Assembly (NCBI GenBank): GCA_963829525.1 | Contig: CAWHIJ010000003.1 | Location: forward strand, 704,001-768,000 | Direction: 5' to 3' | Origin: an uncultured Actinomycetota bacterium | Lineage (GTDB): Bacteria; Actinomycetota; Actinomycetes; JAHEKZ01 | DNA: 64,000 bases | In this document: piece by piece, positions 8,850-17,828 of the stretch | Layout of the letters: the number at the start of each line of letters is the position of its first letter | Numbering within the stretch: position 1 is the first letter of the stretch | The notes under the pieces: model-generated | Database searches by the model: none | Told to the model about the DNA's origin: nothing | The model's input: the letters and a program-made list of their open reading frames with translations, nothing else | Program-made: the position numbers and the translations under genes

Positions 8850-10097
8850 ATGAAGCGCCTGCTCGTACTCGGCGGCGGCACCGCCGGAACCATGGTCGTC
8901 AACAAACTCCGCCCCCGGCTTTCCAGGGATGAGTGGCAGATCACCGTTGTCGACCAGCGTGACGTCCACTACTACCAGCCCGGCTATCTCTTCATCCCCT
9001 TCGGCGCCTACACGCCGGACGAGGTGGTCAAACCCACCAAGCGCTTCATCCCGGAGGGCGTCGACCTTCTCCACGGTGAGATCGACCGGGTCGACGCTGA
9101 GGCAGGCCATGTACTGCTCGTGGACGGAACGGTCCTCGAGTACGACCAGCTTGTCATCGCTACCGGTACGACGCCGCGACCAGCCGAGACCCCAGGCATG
9201 GATGAGGGCGAGTGGCGCAAGAGCATCCACGAGTTCTACACCCACGAAGGAGCTACCGCCCTGGGCGAGAAGTTCAAGACGTGGGAGGGCGGACGCCTCG
9301 TGGTGCACATCGTGGACATGCCCATCAAATGCCCAGTCGCTCCGCTCGAGTTCACCTTCCTGGCAGACTCGTTCTTCCGCGAGAACGGCATCCGAGACCA
9401 GGTCGAGATCGTCTACGTGACCCCGCTTCCCGGCGCTTTCACCAAGCCCATCTCGTCCGAGCACCTCGGTGGCATGCTCGCGGAGCGCAAGGTTGAGGTC
9501 GAGTCCGACTTCATGGTCGAGAGCATCGACCCCGAGGCCAAGAAGCTCATCTCGTACGACGAGCGCGAGGTGCCGTTCGACCTGCTCGTCACGATCCCAC
9601 TCAACATGGGCGCCGACTACGTCGCGCGGTCCGGTCTCGGAGACGACCTCAACTACGTCAAGGTGGACAAGCACACCTTCCAGTCGACGCAGTTCGACAA
9701 CGTCTTCGCCATCGGGGACGCCTCGAACATCCCGGCGTCCAAGGCTGGTTCGGTCGCCCACTTCTCGGTCGACGTCTTCACCCACAACTTCTTGCGTCAC
9801 GTCGACGGCCTGCCGATGGACGAGAAGTTCGACGGGCACGCCAACTGCTTCATCGAGTCCGGTGGTGGCAAGGGACTACTCATCGACTTCAACTACGACA
9901 CCGAGCCACTCCCCGGCAAGTACCCGCTGCCTGGGATCGGCCCCTTCAGCCTGCTGAAAGAGACTGAGCTCAACCACTGGGGCAAGTTGATGTTCCGCTG
10001 GATCTACTGGAATGTCCTGCTCCCTGGCAAAGAGCTGCCGCTGCCAGCGCTGATGTCGATGGCCGGCAAGGAAGTTCCCGACGAGGTGGCATCATGA
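8850..10097 (+). CDS. sqr: Sulfide:quinone oxidoreductase-like flavoprotein (type III-like)
   Basis: LGGGTAG FAD motif, HYYQPG, catalytic-type Cys motifs KCPVAPLE and ANCFIESG, IGDA, NHWGKLMFRWIYW; RBS GGAGGG before ATG 8850. Confidence 0.85.
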   Translation: MKRLLVLGGGTAGTMVVNKLRPRLSRDEWQITVVDQRDVHYYQPGYLFIPFGAYTPDEVVKPTKRFIPEGVDLLHGEIDRVDAEAGHVLLVDGTVLEYDQLVIATGTTPRPAETPGMDEGEWRKSIHEFYTHEGATALGEKFKTWEGGRLVVHIVDMPIKCPVAPLEFTFLADSFFRENGIRDQVEIVYVTPLPGAFTKPISSEHLGGMLAERKVEVESDFMVESIDPEAKKLISYDEREVPFDLLVTIPLNMGADYVARSGLGDDLNYVKVDKHTFQSTQFDNVFAIGDASNIPASKAGSVAHFSVDVFTHNFLRHVDGLPMDEKFDGHANCFIESGGGKGLLIDFNYDTEPLPGKYPLPGIGPFSLLKETELNHWGKLMFRWIYWNVLLPGKELPLPALMSMAGKEVPDEVAS

Positions 10098-10798
10098 CCG
10101 CTCTTGCCACTGAGCGCTCCGTCGACGAGCGACTCGACCTCCTCACCGAACAGGTGGCGCTGATCGCCGAAGAGATGCGCCAGCAACGCCTGCAGAGAGA
10201 GCGTTGGGCAGATCTCGTCTCCGACTCCGCCCCGGTCGTCAGTGGTGCCTTCGACATGGTGAGTCGCGAGCTCGAGTCACTCAGCGACGACGTCACCGTC
10301 GACGACGCCGTGCAGCTGGCGCGCACTGTGGCGCGAGCTGTCCCAACCATGGAAGCGTTGCTGCGTCAGCTGGAGTCGCTCAGTTCTCTCGGTGAAGAGA
10401 TCGTCCCCCTCGCAAGCCCAGCAATGGCCACCCTGACGGCCACGCTTCAAGAGTTCGATGCCAAGGGCTATTTCACTTTTGCCAAGGGCGGGGCAGGCAT
10501 TGTCGACAAGGTCGTGACGTCGTTCACCGAAGACGACATCGACGCGCTGGGTGACAACGTCGTCCTGATCCTGAACACGGTCAAGGAGATGACGCAGCCC
10601 GAAGTCATGACATTGCTGCAGCGGACCGCGCTGACAGCCCAGGACGTTGACGAGGAGTTTGCTGAGGCACCCTCCACGTTCGCTCTGCTCAAGCAGATGC
10701 GAGACCCACAAACCCGCCGGGGCCTTGGTCGTGTGATGACCATGCTCCGCACCATCGGAGCCGAACAGTCGGCGCCGAAGTCCGAAACAGAGAGGTAA
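10094..10798 (+). CDS. DUF1641 domain protein
   Basis: C-terminal PSTFALLKQMRDPQTRRGLGRVMTMLRTIG resembles the DUF1641 signature; ATGA-coupled to sqr. Confidence 0.8.
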   Translation: MTALATERSVDERLDLLTEQVALIAEEMRQQRLQRERWADLVSDSAPVVSGAFDMVSRELESLSDDVTVDDAVQLARTVARAVPTMEALLRQLESLSSLGEEIVPLASPAMATLTATLQEFDAKGYFTFAKGGAGIVDKVVTSFTEDDIDALGDNVVLILNTVKEMTQPEVMTLLQRTALTAQDVDEEFAEAPSTFALLKQMRDPQTRRGLGRVMTMLRTIGAEQSAPKSETER

Positions 10799-10802
10799 GA
10801 CC

Positions 10803-11117
10803 ATGCCAGTCACCACGATCAACGGCCGCGAGATCCACGTCGACGACGAAGGCTTCCTCACCGAGTTCGACGAGTGGGACGAAGACCTCGCGAAGGTCCT
10901 CGCCGCCAATATCAACGTCGATCTCACCGATGAGCATTGGACGGCCATCAAGTTCGCCCGTGAGGACTACAAGTCTCAGGGCGAGACCCCGACGATTCGC
11001 CGGATGGCCTCGGTGGGCGGCGTCGACACCAAGAAGATGTTCCAGCTCTTCCCGAAGAAGCCAGCCAAGAAGATGTCCTACATCGCTGGTGTCCCCAAGC
11101 CCCACGGCTGCGTGTGA
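10803..11117 (+). CDS. TusE/DsrC/DsvC family sulfur relay protein (single C-terminal Cys)
   Basis: VDDEGFL, LTDEHW, LFPKKPAK, IAGVPKPHGCV. Confidence 0.9.
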   Translation: MPVTTINGREIHVDDEGFLTEFDEWDEDLAKVLAANINVDLTDEHWTAIKFAREDYKSQGETPTIRRMASVGGVDTKKMFQLFPKKPAKKMSYIAGVPKPHGCV

Positions 11118-11146
11118 GCGCTGTACCCAGCGAAGGAGAGTCAGTC

Positions 11147-11677
11147 ATGACCACCGAAACCCAAGCACCGCTCGTCCCCAACTTCGATGACGACGACACC
11201 GATCGCAAGATCGCCTTCATCTGCAGCAAGGGCAACCTCGACATGGCCTACCCGGCCCTGGTTCTTGCCAACGCTGCCCTTGGTGAGGGCATCGAGACGC
11301 ACCTGTTCTTCACCTTCTGGGGCTTCGACATGATCACCAAGTCTCGGATGCACGACCTGAAGTTCAGCCCGGTCGGCAACACGGCGATGCACATGCCCGT
11401 CGGGGACATTCGTATCCCTCAGGCCCTGGCACCCCTCCCCGGCATGCAGCCGATGGCAACCAAGATGATCAAGGACCAGATCGCGGCCCTCGGTGTTCCA
11501 GAGGTACCGGAGTTCCTCGACCAGATCGTTGCCTCAGGTGGCCATCTGTGGGCCTGCCGGATGTCGGCCGACATGAACAAGCTTGTTGAAGAAGATCTGT
11601 ACGAGGGAGTCGAGGCCATCATCAACGCCTCCGACTTCATCGAGATGACTGACGGTGCGCAGCTGCTCTTCATCTAG
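11147..11677 (+). CDS. DsrE/DsrF/DrsH-like (DsrE2-type) sulfur carrier
   Basis: SKGNLDMAYP, LFFTFWG, WACRMS; RBS GAAGGAG before ATG 11147. Confidence 0.88.
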   Translation: MTTETQAPLVPNFDDDDTDRKIAFICSKGNLDMAYPALVLANAALGEGIETHLFFTFWGFDMITKSRMHDLKFSPVGNTAMHMPVGDIRIPQALAPLPGMQPMATKMIKDQIAALGVPEVPEFLDQIVASGGHLWACRMSADMNKLVEEDLYEGVEAIINASDFIEMTDGAQLLFI

Positions 11678-11726
11678 CGCGCCGTGCCTGCCGTTTCCGG
11701 CCCTCGGGTCGAGGGCAGCAGGTCCA

Positions 11727-11933
11727 GGGACGCCGTTGTGGGGGCTTTGACTGGCACCCCGAGCAACGTGCGGCGGCCCCGGTCGGCTCCGTGGGGGAGC
11801 CTCCGACCGGGGCCGCATTCTGCTGTCGTAGCCCCGGCAGACTTAGCGAGGCCCACCACGCTGGTGGGTGCGTGTGGAAGACCAAACGGTCGTCGGGGGA
11901 GCTATGGGGTCCGCCAAACTCGGAGCCGACCGC
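11727..11933 (-). ncRNA. Candidate 6C-like RNA with multiple C-rich-loop hairpins
   Basis: Three hairpins with C5 loops on the minus strand; G-U pairs in two stems form only on the minus strand. Confidence 0.45.
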
Positions 11934-11955
11934 CCTGTCGCCGAGAGGCGCCGAC

Positions 11956-13185
11956 CTACTGGGCGTCGGCGATGAGCTTGCCGAAGCGGGTGACGCCTTC
12001 GACGATGTCGTCGTCGCCGAGTGCGTACGACAACCGGAGGTAGCCCGGCGTGCCAAATGCCTCACCGGGAACGACAGCCACCTCGGCGACGTCGAGAGCC
12101 ACATCAGCAAGCGTGAGTGATGAGTCGATCACCGTGCCGTTGATGCTCTTGCCGAGAACGCCCTTCACCGATGGGTACGCATAGAAGGCACCCTCGGGCT
12201 CGGGACAGTTGACGCCCGGGATGTCGTTGAGCATCGAGACGATGGTCTTCCGGCGTCGATCGAACGCGACGCGCATCTCGGCGGCCGCGTCCAACGGGCC
12301 GGAGACGGCTGCGAGGGCGGCCATCTGGGCGACGTTGCTGACGTTGCCCGTGGAGTGCGACTGCAGATTGGTGGCGCCCTTGATGATGTCCTTGGGGCCG
12401 ATGACCCAGCCCACGCGCCATCCGGTCATGGCGAAGGTCTTGGCCACACCGTTGACGATCACGCAACGGTCGACGATGTCGGGCACGAGGTTCGGCATCG
12501 ACGAAAAAGTGACATCGCCGTAGACGAGGTGCTCGTAGATCTCGTCGGTCATCACCCAGATGCCATGCTCGACGGCCCACCGCCCGATGGCGGTGATCTG
12601 CTGGGCAGAGTAGACAGCGCCGGTGGGGTTCGACGGAGAGCTGAAGATCAGCATCTTGGTGCGCGGGGTACGAGCTGCCTCAAGCTGCTCGACCGTGGCC
12701 CGGTAGCCGGTGGTCTCGTCGGTGACGACCGGAACGGGCACGCCGCCGAAGATGGAGACGGCAGCTGGGTAGGTCACCCAGTAGGGCGCCTGGATGATGA
12801 CCTCGTCGCCGGGGTCGATCAGTGATGCGATGGCGCTGAAGATGGCGTGTTTGCCGCCGTTGGTCACCAGCACCTGGGACGCCTCGACCTCGAGGCCGGA
12901 GTCGCGCAGCGTCTTGGCGGCGATGGCCTCGCGCAGTGCTGGAAGGCCAGCAGCGGGGGTGTACCGGTGCCAACGCGGGTCGTGGGCAGCCGCTGCCGCC
13001 GCCTCGACGATGTAGTCGGGAGTGGGGAAGTCCGGCTCTCCGGCACCGAAGCCGATCACCGGCCGGCCAGCTGCCTTGAGCGCCTTTGCCTTGGAGTCGA
13101 CGGCCAGCGTGGCTGACTCTTCGATGTCGGCCACCCTGGCCGAAAGACGCGGGGCGGGCGAGGAGGGCGAGGAGGGAACAGTCAT
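11956..13185 (-). CDS. aspC: PLP-dependent class I aminotransferase (aspartate aminotransferase)
   Basis: [42 protein letters not shown]. Confidence 0.9.
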   Translation of the reverse strand: MTVPSSPSSPAPRLSARVADIEESATLAVDSKAKALKAAGRPVIGFGAGEPDFPTPDYIVEAAAAAAHDPRWHRYTPAAGLPALREAIAAKTLRDSGLEVEASQVLVTNGGKHAIFSAIASLIDPGDEVIIQAPYWVTYPAAVSIFGGVPVPVVTDETTGYRATVEQLEAARTPRTKMLIFSSPSNPTGAVYSAQQITAIGRWAVEHGIWVMTDEIYEHLVYGDVTFSSMPNLVPDIVDRCVIVNGVAKTFAMTGWRVGWVIGPKDIIKGATNLQSHSTGNVSNVAQMAALAAVSGPLDAAAEMRVAFDRRRKTIVSMLNDIPGVNCPEPEGAFYAYPSVKGVLGKSINGTVIDSSLTLADVALDVAEVAVVPGEAFGTPGYLRLSYALGDDDIVEGVTRFGKLIADAQ

Positions 13186-13423
13186 GCAGCCAGTGTCCCA
13201 CCGGGCGGCTCGAGCCAGGCAGGGCGTTCCACACACCATCCTCTGTCGCCCTCCTTGGCGCCCTCCTCTGGCGTCAGTGCGGCCACACCCGCGGTTCGAC
13301 GGCGCCCGCCTCGACCCCGTAGACTCACCGCCGGTGGCATTTGCCATGGTCTTGCCATGCCCGGACTTCTGTGAAGACCCTCACAGCCCGGGTGTGGCCC
13401 GCCCGGACGCCTATGCCTCCTGG

Positions 13424-13496
13424 AGGGCAGTAGCTCAATTGGCAGAGTCCCGGTCTCCAAAACCGGTGGTTGGGGGTTCGAGTCCCTCCTGCCCTG
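13424..13496 (+). tRNA. tRNA-Trp(CCA)
   Basis: AGGGCAG/CTGCCCT acceptor stem, CTCCAAA anticodon loop; directly upstream of secE. Confidence 0.96.
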
Positions 13497-13568
13497 CACG
13501 TGGCGGCAACCGTCGTCAGGTCAACGCAAGTCCGTCTTGGCGGGCGTGAACAAGGTCAGGTGAGGCTG

Positions 13569-13817
13569 GTGGCGGAGTCGCGCGGTTCGACCGCCACGCC
13601 CGAGCACGGCCAGTCGGCGCAGAAGAAGGGCTTGATCGCCAGGATCTTGCTCTTCTACCGCCAGGTTGTCGCGGAGATGCGCAAGGTCGTCTGGCCGACG
13701 CGCAACGAGCTGATCACCTACACGATCGTCGTCGTGGTGTTCGTCGCGTCGTTCGCCGCGATCGTCCTGGTGTTCGACATCGGCGTTGCCAAGGTTGTCA
13801 GAGCCGTTTTCGGCTGA
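13569..13817 (+). CDS. secE: Preprotein translocase subunit SecE
   Basis: EMRKVVWPTRNEL followed by a TM helix; canonical synteny. Confidence 0.93.
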   Translation: MAESRGSTATPEHGQSAQKKGLIARILLFYRQVVAEMRKVVWPTRNELITYTIVVVVFVASFAAIVLVFDIGVAKVVRAVFG

Positions 13818-13848
13818 CCGAAGAACTGATCGTCAGGAGTTTCGTACC

Positions 13849-14603
13849 GTGTCCGAGCTTGAAACCGGCGCAGCCGTCGACGTCACCGACGCTATCCGAC
13901 GACGACGGCCGTCGAGGTGACGCCAGATGCCGCAGACGCCGATGGGTCAGTTGCCGACGGGGACTCTTTGGCGGGTCGAGGAAGCTGAGGCCGAGCCCGA
14001 GGTCGACCCCGCGAGGATTTCCGCGACCACCTGAACAGCCTTCCCGGTGACTGGTACGTCGTGCACTCCTACGCCGGGTACGAGAATCGGGTGAAGCAAA
14101 ACCTCGAGAACCGCCGTACTTCGCTGTCGATGGAGGAGTTCATCCACGATGTCCAGGTGCCGCAGGAGGAGGTCATCGAGATCAAGCAGGGGCAGCGCAA
14201 GCAGGTCAAGCGCAACAAGTTCCCCGGCTACGTCCTCGTCCGGATGGACCTCACCGACGAGTCGTGGTCAACGGTTCGGCATACCCCAGGTGTGACCGGT
14301 TTCGTCGGTCACGCCCACCAGCCAACGCCGCTCACCTCAGATGAGGTCATCTCGATCCTGTACGTCGAGCCAGAAGCCGCACCTGGCAAGGCCTCGGCGG
14401 GTGGTGGGCTCAGCAAGAGCGAGACGACCCTCGTCGACTTCGAGGTCGGCGAGTCCGTCACCGTGATCGATGGCGCCTTCGCCACCCTCCCCGCAACCAT
14501 CAACGAGATCAACCCGGACGCCCAAAAGTTGAAGGTGCTCGTGTCGATCTTCGGTCGTGAGACGCCTGTCGAGCTCTCGTTCGACCAGGTCGAGAAGCTC
14601 TAA
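13849..14603 (+). CDS. nusG: Transcription factor NusG; several indels in the acidic N-terminal extension (13895-14010)
   Basis: [36 protein letters not shown] domain ending [10 protein letters not shown]; RBS AGGAG before GTG 13849. Confidence 0.9.
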
Positions 14604-14645
14604 CCCGCCCAGACTGCCCGCAGCTACCGAAGAGAAGGACCCGCA

Positions 14646-15077
14646 ATGCCCCCCAAGAAGAAGGTCTCCGGCCTCATCAAGCTTCAGATCGAGGCTGGCC
14701 AGGCCAACCCCGCCCCGCCGGTGGGCCCAGCCCTCGGCCAGCACGGCGTCAACATCATGGAGTTCTGCAAGGCCTACAACGCGGCGACTGAGTCGCAGCG
14801 TGGCAACGTGATTCCGGTCGAGATCACGGTCTACGAAGACCGCTCCTTCACCTTCATCACGAAGACTCCGCCGGCCGCCAAGCTCATCCTCAAGGCTGCT
14901 GGTCTCGACAAGGGATCTGGCGTCCCGCACAAGGACAAGGTCGGATCGCTCACCCGTGACCAGGTCCGGTCGATCGCCGAGCAGAAGATGGCCGACCTCA
15001 ACGCCAATGACCTCGACGCCGCCGAGAAGATCATCGCCGGTACCGCACGGTCGATGGGCGTTACCGTTACTGAGTAG
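14646..15077 (+). CDS. rplK: 50S ribosomal protein L11
   Basis: [27 protein letters not shown]. Confidence 0.98.
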   Translation: MPPKKKVSGLIKLQIEAGQANPAPPVGPALGQHGVNIMEFCKAYNAATESQRGNVIPVEITVYEDRSFTFITKTPPAAKLILKAAGLDKGSGVPHKDKVGSLTRDQVRSIAEQKMADLNANDLDAAEKIIAGTARSMGVTVTE

Positions 15078-15106
15078 CACCAACGATGCACGATCTTCAA
15101 CAGAAA

Positions 15107-15136
15107 TGTGGGAGGGCCTCCGGCCCACACACCACA
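15107..15136 (+). promoter_or_regulatory. Putative L1-binding leader hairpin
   Basis: TGTGG-GA-GGGCC..GGCCC-ACACA-CCACA stem with asymmetric internal loop between rplK and rplA. Confidence 0.55.
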
Positions 15137-15183
15137 CCTGACAATGCCGCTCATCACGAGCGGCTCAGAATGGAGTCAGACAC

Positions 15184-15897
15184 ATGAAGCGCAGCAAGGG
15201 TTATGAGGCAGCCGCGGCCAAGATTGATGCGGACAAGCTGTACACACCTGTCGACGCGGTCCGTCTGGCCAAGGACACGTCGCCGATGAAGAACCCAGCC
15301 ACCGTCGAGGTCGCCATGCGGTTGGGCGTCGACCCCCGCAAGGCTGATCAGATGATCCGGGGAACGGTCAACCTTCCGCACGGAACCGGGAAGACTGCCC
15401 GCGTCATCGTCTTCGCCGCTGGTGAGAAGGCTGAGCAGGCTCGAGCAGCTGGCGCCGACGAGGTCGGGTCGGACGATCTCATCGAGAAGGTGTCGGGTGG
15501 CTGGACCGACTTCGACGCCGCCGTCGCAACTCCTGACCTCATGGGCAAGGTCGGTCGCCTCGGCAAGGTGCTGGGTCCCCGCGGACTGATGCCGAACCCG
15601 AAGACCGGCACCGTGACGATGGACGTCGCCAAAGCTGTCGAGGACATCAAGGGCGGAAAGATCGAGTTTCGCGTCGACCGACACTCAAATCTGCACATGA
15701 TCATTGGCAAGACCTCGTTCAGCGAGGAGCAACTTGTCGAGAACTACGCAGCCGCGCTCGAGGAAGTTCTTCGTCTCAAGCCTTCAAGTGCCAAGGGCCG
15801 CTACATCAGGAAGATTGCCGTTTCGACCACCATGGGTCCCGGGATCTTGGTCGACCCGAACCGGACGCGCAACGTCACGGTCGACGACAACGCCTGA
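15184..15897 (+). CDS. rplA: 50S ribosomal protein L1
   Basis: [28 protein letters not shown]. Confidence 0.98.
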   Translation: MKRSKGYEAAAAKIDADKLYTPVDAVRLAKDTSPMKNPATVEVAMRLGVDPRKADQMIRGTVNLPHGTGKTARVIVFAAGEKAEQARAAGADEVGSDDLIEKVSGGWTDFDAAVATPDLMGKVGRLGKVLGPRGLMPNPKTGTVTMDVAKAVEDIKGGKIEFRVDRHSNLHMIIGKTSFSEEQLVENYAAALEEVLRLKPSSAKGRYIRKIAVSTTMGPGILVDPNRTRNVTVDDNA

Positions 15898-15934
15898 ACC
15901 CGCCAACGACCACGTTGCGTGGCCGGGACCCGTT

Positions 15935-16115
15935 TTGACCAGGGTGCGACGGCCCCGTAGTCTTGGAGCACCAAAGACCGCTGGTTACCTGAGGGGCCGT
16001 CCCTCAGGTCGAAGGCCCGTAGTTGCGGGCGGCCCGCCGAGGTGAACGAGTGTCCTGCCCCGACGCCACAGGCGTCCGGTCACGCCCCGTGCGCCTGCGC
16101 CGGGGCGTTCGTCGT
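15935..16115 (+). promoter_or_regulatory. rplJ promoter and L10 leader
   Basis: TTGACC-N17-TAGTCT; AAAGACCGCTGG start of leader; CGCCCCG..CGGGGCGTT hairpin. Confidence 0.7.
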
Positions 16116-16161
16116 TTCACAAGGGCTGGGAACCGGCGATCCGACCAGGTTAAGGAGATCC

Positions 16162-16866
16162 ATGGCGCGGGCTGACAAAGCAGCTGCCGTTGCAGAGATC
16201 GCGGACCAGTTCCGTGACTCGTCCGGCGCCGTGCTCACCGAGTACCGCGGCCTGACCGTGAAGCAGCTCAAAGAGCTGCGTAGTGCTCTCGGTGGGAACG
16301 CCACCTACGCCGTGGTGAAGAACACGCTGACCAAGATCGCGGCCAAAGATGCCGGGGTCGAGGGGCTGAGCGAACTGCTCGCCGGTCCATCCGCCATCGC
16401 CTTCATCACCGGTGACGCGGTGGAGACGGCCAAGGGGCTGCGTGACTTTGCCAAGGCCAACCCCCAGTTGCTGATCAAGGGCGGAGTGCTCGACGGAAAG
16501 TCGCTCACCCCGGCCGAGATCGACAGGCTGGCATCGCTTGAGTCTCGTGAGGTTCTCCTCGCCAAGCTCGCCGGTGCCATGAAGGCGTCGCTGTCTGGCG
16601 CCGTCGCGCTCTTTGCCGCTCCGCTGTCGCAGACAGCGCGCGTCCTCGGCGCGTTGCAAGAGAAGGCACAGCAGGACCCGTCGGTCCTCGCTGGCGGTGC
16701 CGGTACCCCGGCTCCCGCCGCAGCAGAGGCCCCAGAGCATGTGGAGGCTCCCGCCGAAGCGGAGGCCGCCACGGCTGCTGAGACCGAAGCGGCAGTCGAC
16801 GAGGCACCGGCAGCAGAGGCGCCAGCCCCTGCCGCTGAGGCCGAGGAGACGACCCCCGAGGGCTGA
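16162..16866 (+). CDS. rplJ: 50S ribosomal protein L10 with long Ala/Glu/Pro C-terminal tail
   Basis: [21 protein letters not shown]; RBS AAGGAG. Confidence 0.97.
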   Translation: MARADKAAAVAEIADQFRDSSGAVLTEYRGLTVKQLKELRSALGGNATYAVVKNTLTKIAAKDAGVEGLSELLAGPSAIAFITGDAVETAKGLRDFAKANPQLLIKGGVLDGKSLTPAEIDRLASLESREVLLAKLAGAMKASLSGAVALFAAPLSQTARVLGALQEKAQQDPSVLAGGAGTPAPAAAEAPEHVEAPAEAEAATAAETEAAVDEAPAAEAPAPAAEAEETTPEG

Positions 16867-16932
16867 CCGCCCGGTAGGAACCCACCTCATAACAGAGCCC
16901 TCCCGGGCCGACAACATGGAAGGACGCCGATC

Positions 16933-17325
16933 ATGGCGAAGATGAGCACCGATGAACTGCTCGATGCGTTCAAGGAAATGACGCTGATCGAGCTGAGCGA
17001 GTTCGTGAAGCAGTTCGAGGAGACCTTCGAGGTCACCGCGGCTGCCCCCGTCGCCGTCGCGGCAGCTCCTGTGGCCGGTGGCGCTGCCGGTGGCGGCGAG
17101 GCTGCGGCCGAGCAGGATGAGTTCGATGTCGTACTCGAAGCTGCTGGTGACAAGAAGATCCAGGTCATCAAGGAGGTGCGCGCCCTCACGAGCCTCGGCC
17201 TGAAGGAGGCCAAGGACCTCGTCGAGAGCACCCCGAAGCCGGTCCTGGAGAAGGTCGCCAAGGACGCAGCCGACAAGGCCAAGGAGGCCCTCGAGGCCGC
17301 TGGCGCCACGGTGACGCTGAAGTAG
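16933..17325 (+). CDS. rplL: 50S ribosomal protein L7/L12
   Basis: [25 protein letters not shown]. Confidence 0.98.
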   Translation: MAKMSTDELLDAFKEMTLIELSEFVKQFEETFEVTAAAPVAVAAAPVAGGAAGGGEAAAEQDEFDVVLEAAGDKKIQVIKEVRALTSLGLKEAKDLVESTPKPVLEKVAKDAADKAKEALEAAGATVTLK

Positions 17326-17341
17326 CAACGCACTACCTAAG

Positions 17342-17375
17342 GAACGGCCTGCCCCATCGATGGGGCAGGCCGTTC
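17342..17375 (+). terminator. Perfect 34-bp palindrome, probable terminator after rplL
   Basis: GAACGGCCTGCCCCATC/GATGGGGCAGGCCGTTC. Confidence 0.75.
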
Positions 17376-17386
17376 GTCATTCCGAG

Positions 17387-17433
17387 GGCCGGGCTCGCTG
17401 GCCGGGTTCGCTGGCCGGGCTCGCTCGCCGGGC
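17387..17433. repeat. 13-nt tandem repeat (about 3.6 copies)
   Basis: GGCCGGGCTCGCT GGCCGGGTTCGCT GGCCGGGCTCGCT CGCCGGGC. Confidence 0.85.
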
Positions 17434-17828
17434 CGCCAACCAGCATCGGCAATCAGGTCACAACCGGGCGGATGTGCTTGACGCGCCTAGGCTTTTGGCC
17501 TCATAGTCTTGGCCAGTGCTCGTTGCGCACTTGGGCAGCCGGCCCCTTTCGGGGATCAGCCGCCCGGTGCGTTCGACCCAGGTCGGTCCCGCAAGGGTCG
17601 GACTGAAGGAGGCGCGACTGGACAGCCGCGGCCGCATGCCGCTACGCTGTCGCTTTGCGCTGCCCTGACCCCTCTCTCAGCTAATCCTCTCGTCGCGCCT
17701 TGAACGCGTGCCCCGTGCCTGCATGGTGCCCGCCAACGCGTATGGCGTCGAGATCGGCTCCTCGAGGTCCCGCTGATGTGGGGGTCCGACCGGTTGCGCG
17801 CTGTAAGTCGAGCCCGGAAGGACGCCTC

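Noticed and set aside
10803-11677. Dissimilatory sulfate reduction or reverse-Dsr pathway
   Set aside because: No dsrAB or dsrMK in the window, and the DsrC-like protein lacks the second cysteine
11684-12120. Small ORFs in the dsrE-aspC intergenic region
   Set aside because: No RBS and Arg/Pro-rich shadow-like composition; the region is better explained by RNA hairpins
4774-17433. Short tandem repeats (4774-4804, 17387-17433) as CRISPR arrays
   Set aside because: Units of 11-13 nt, no spacers, no cas genes
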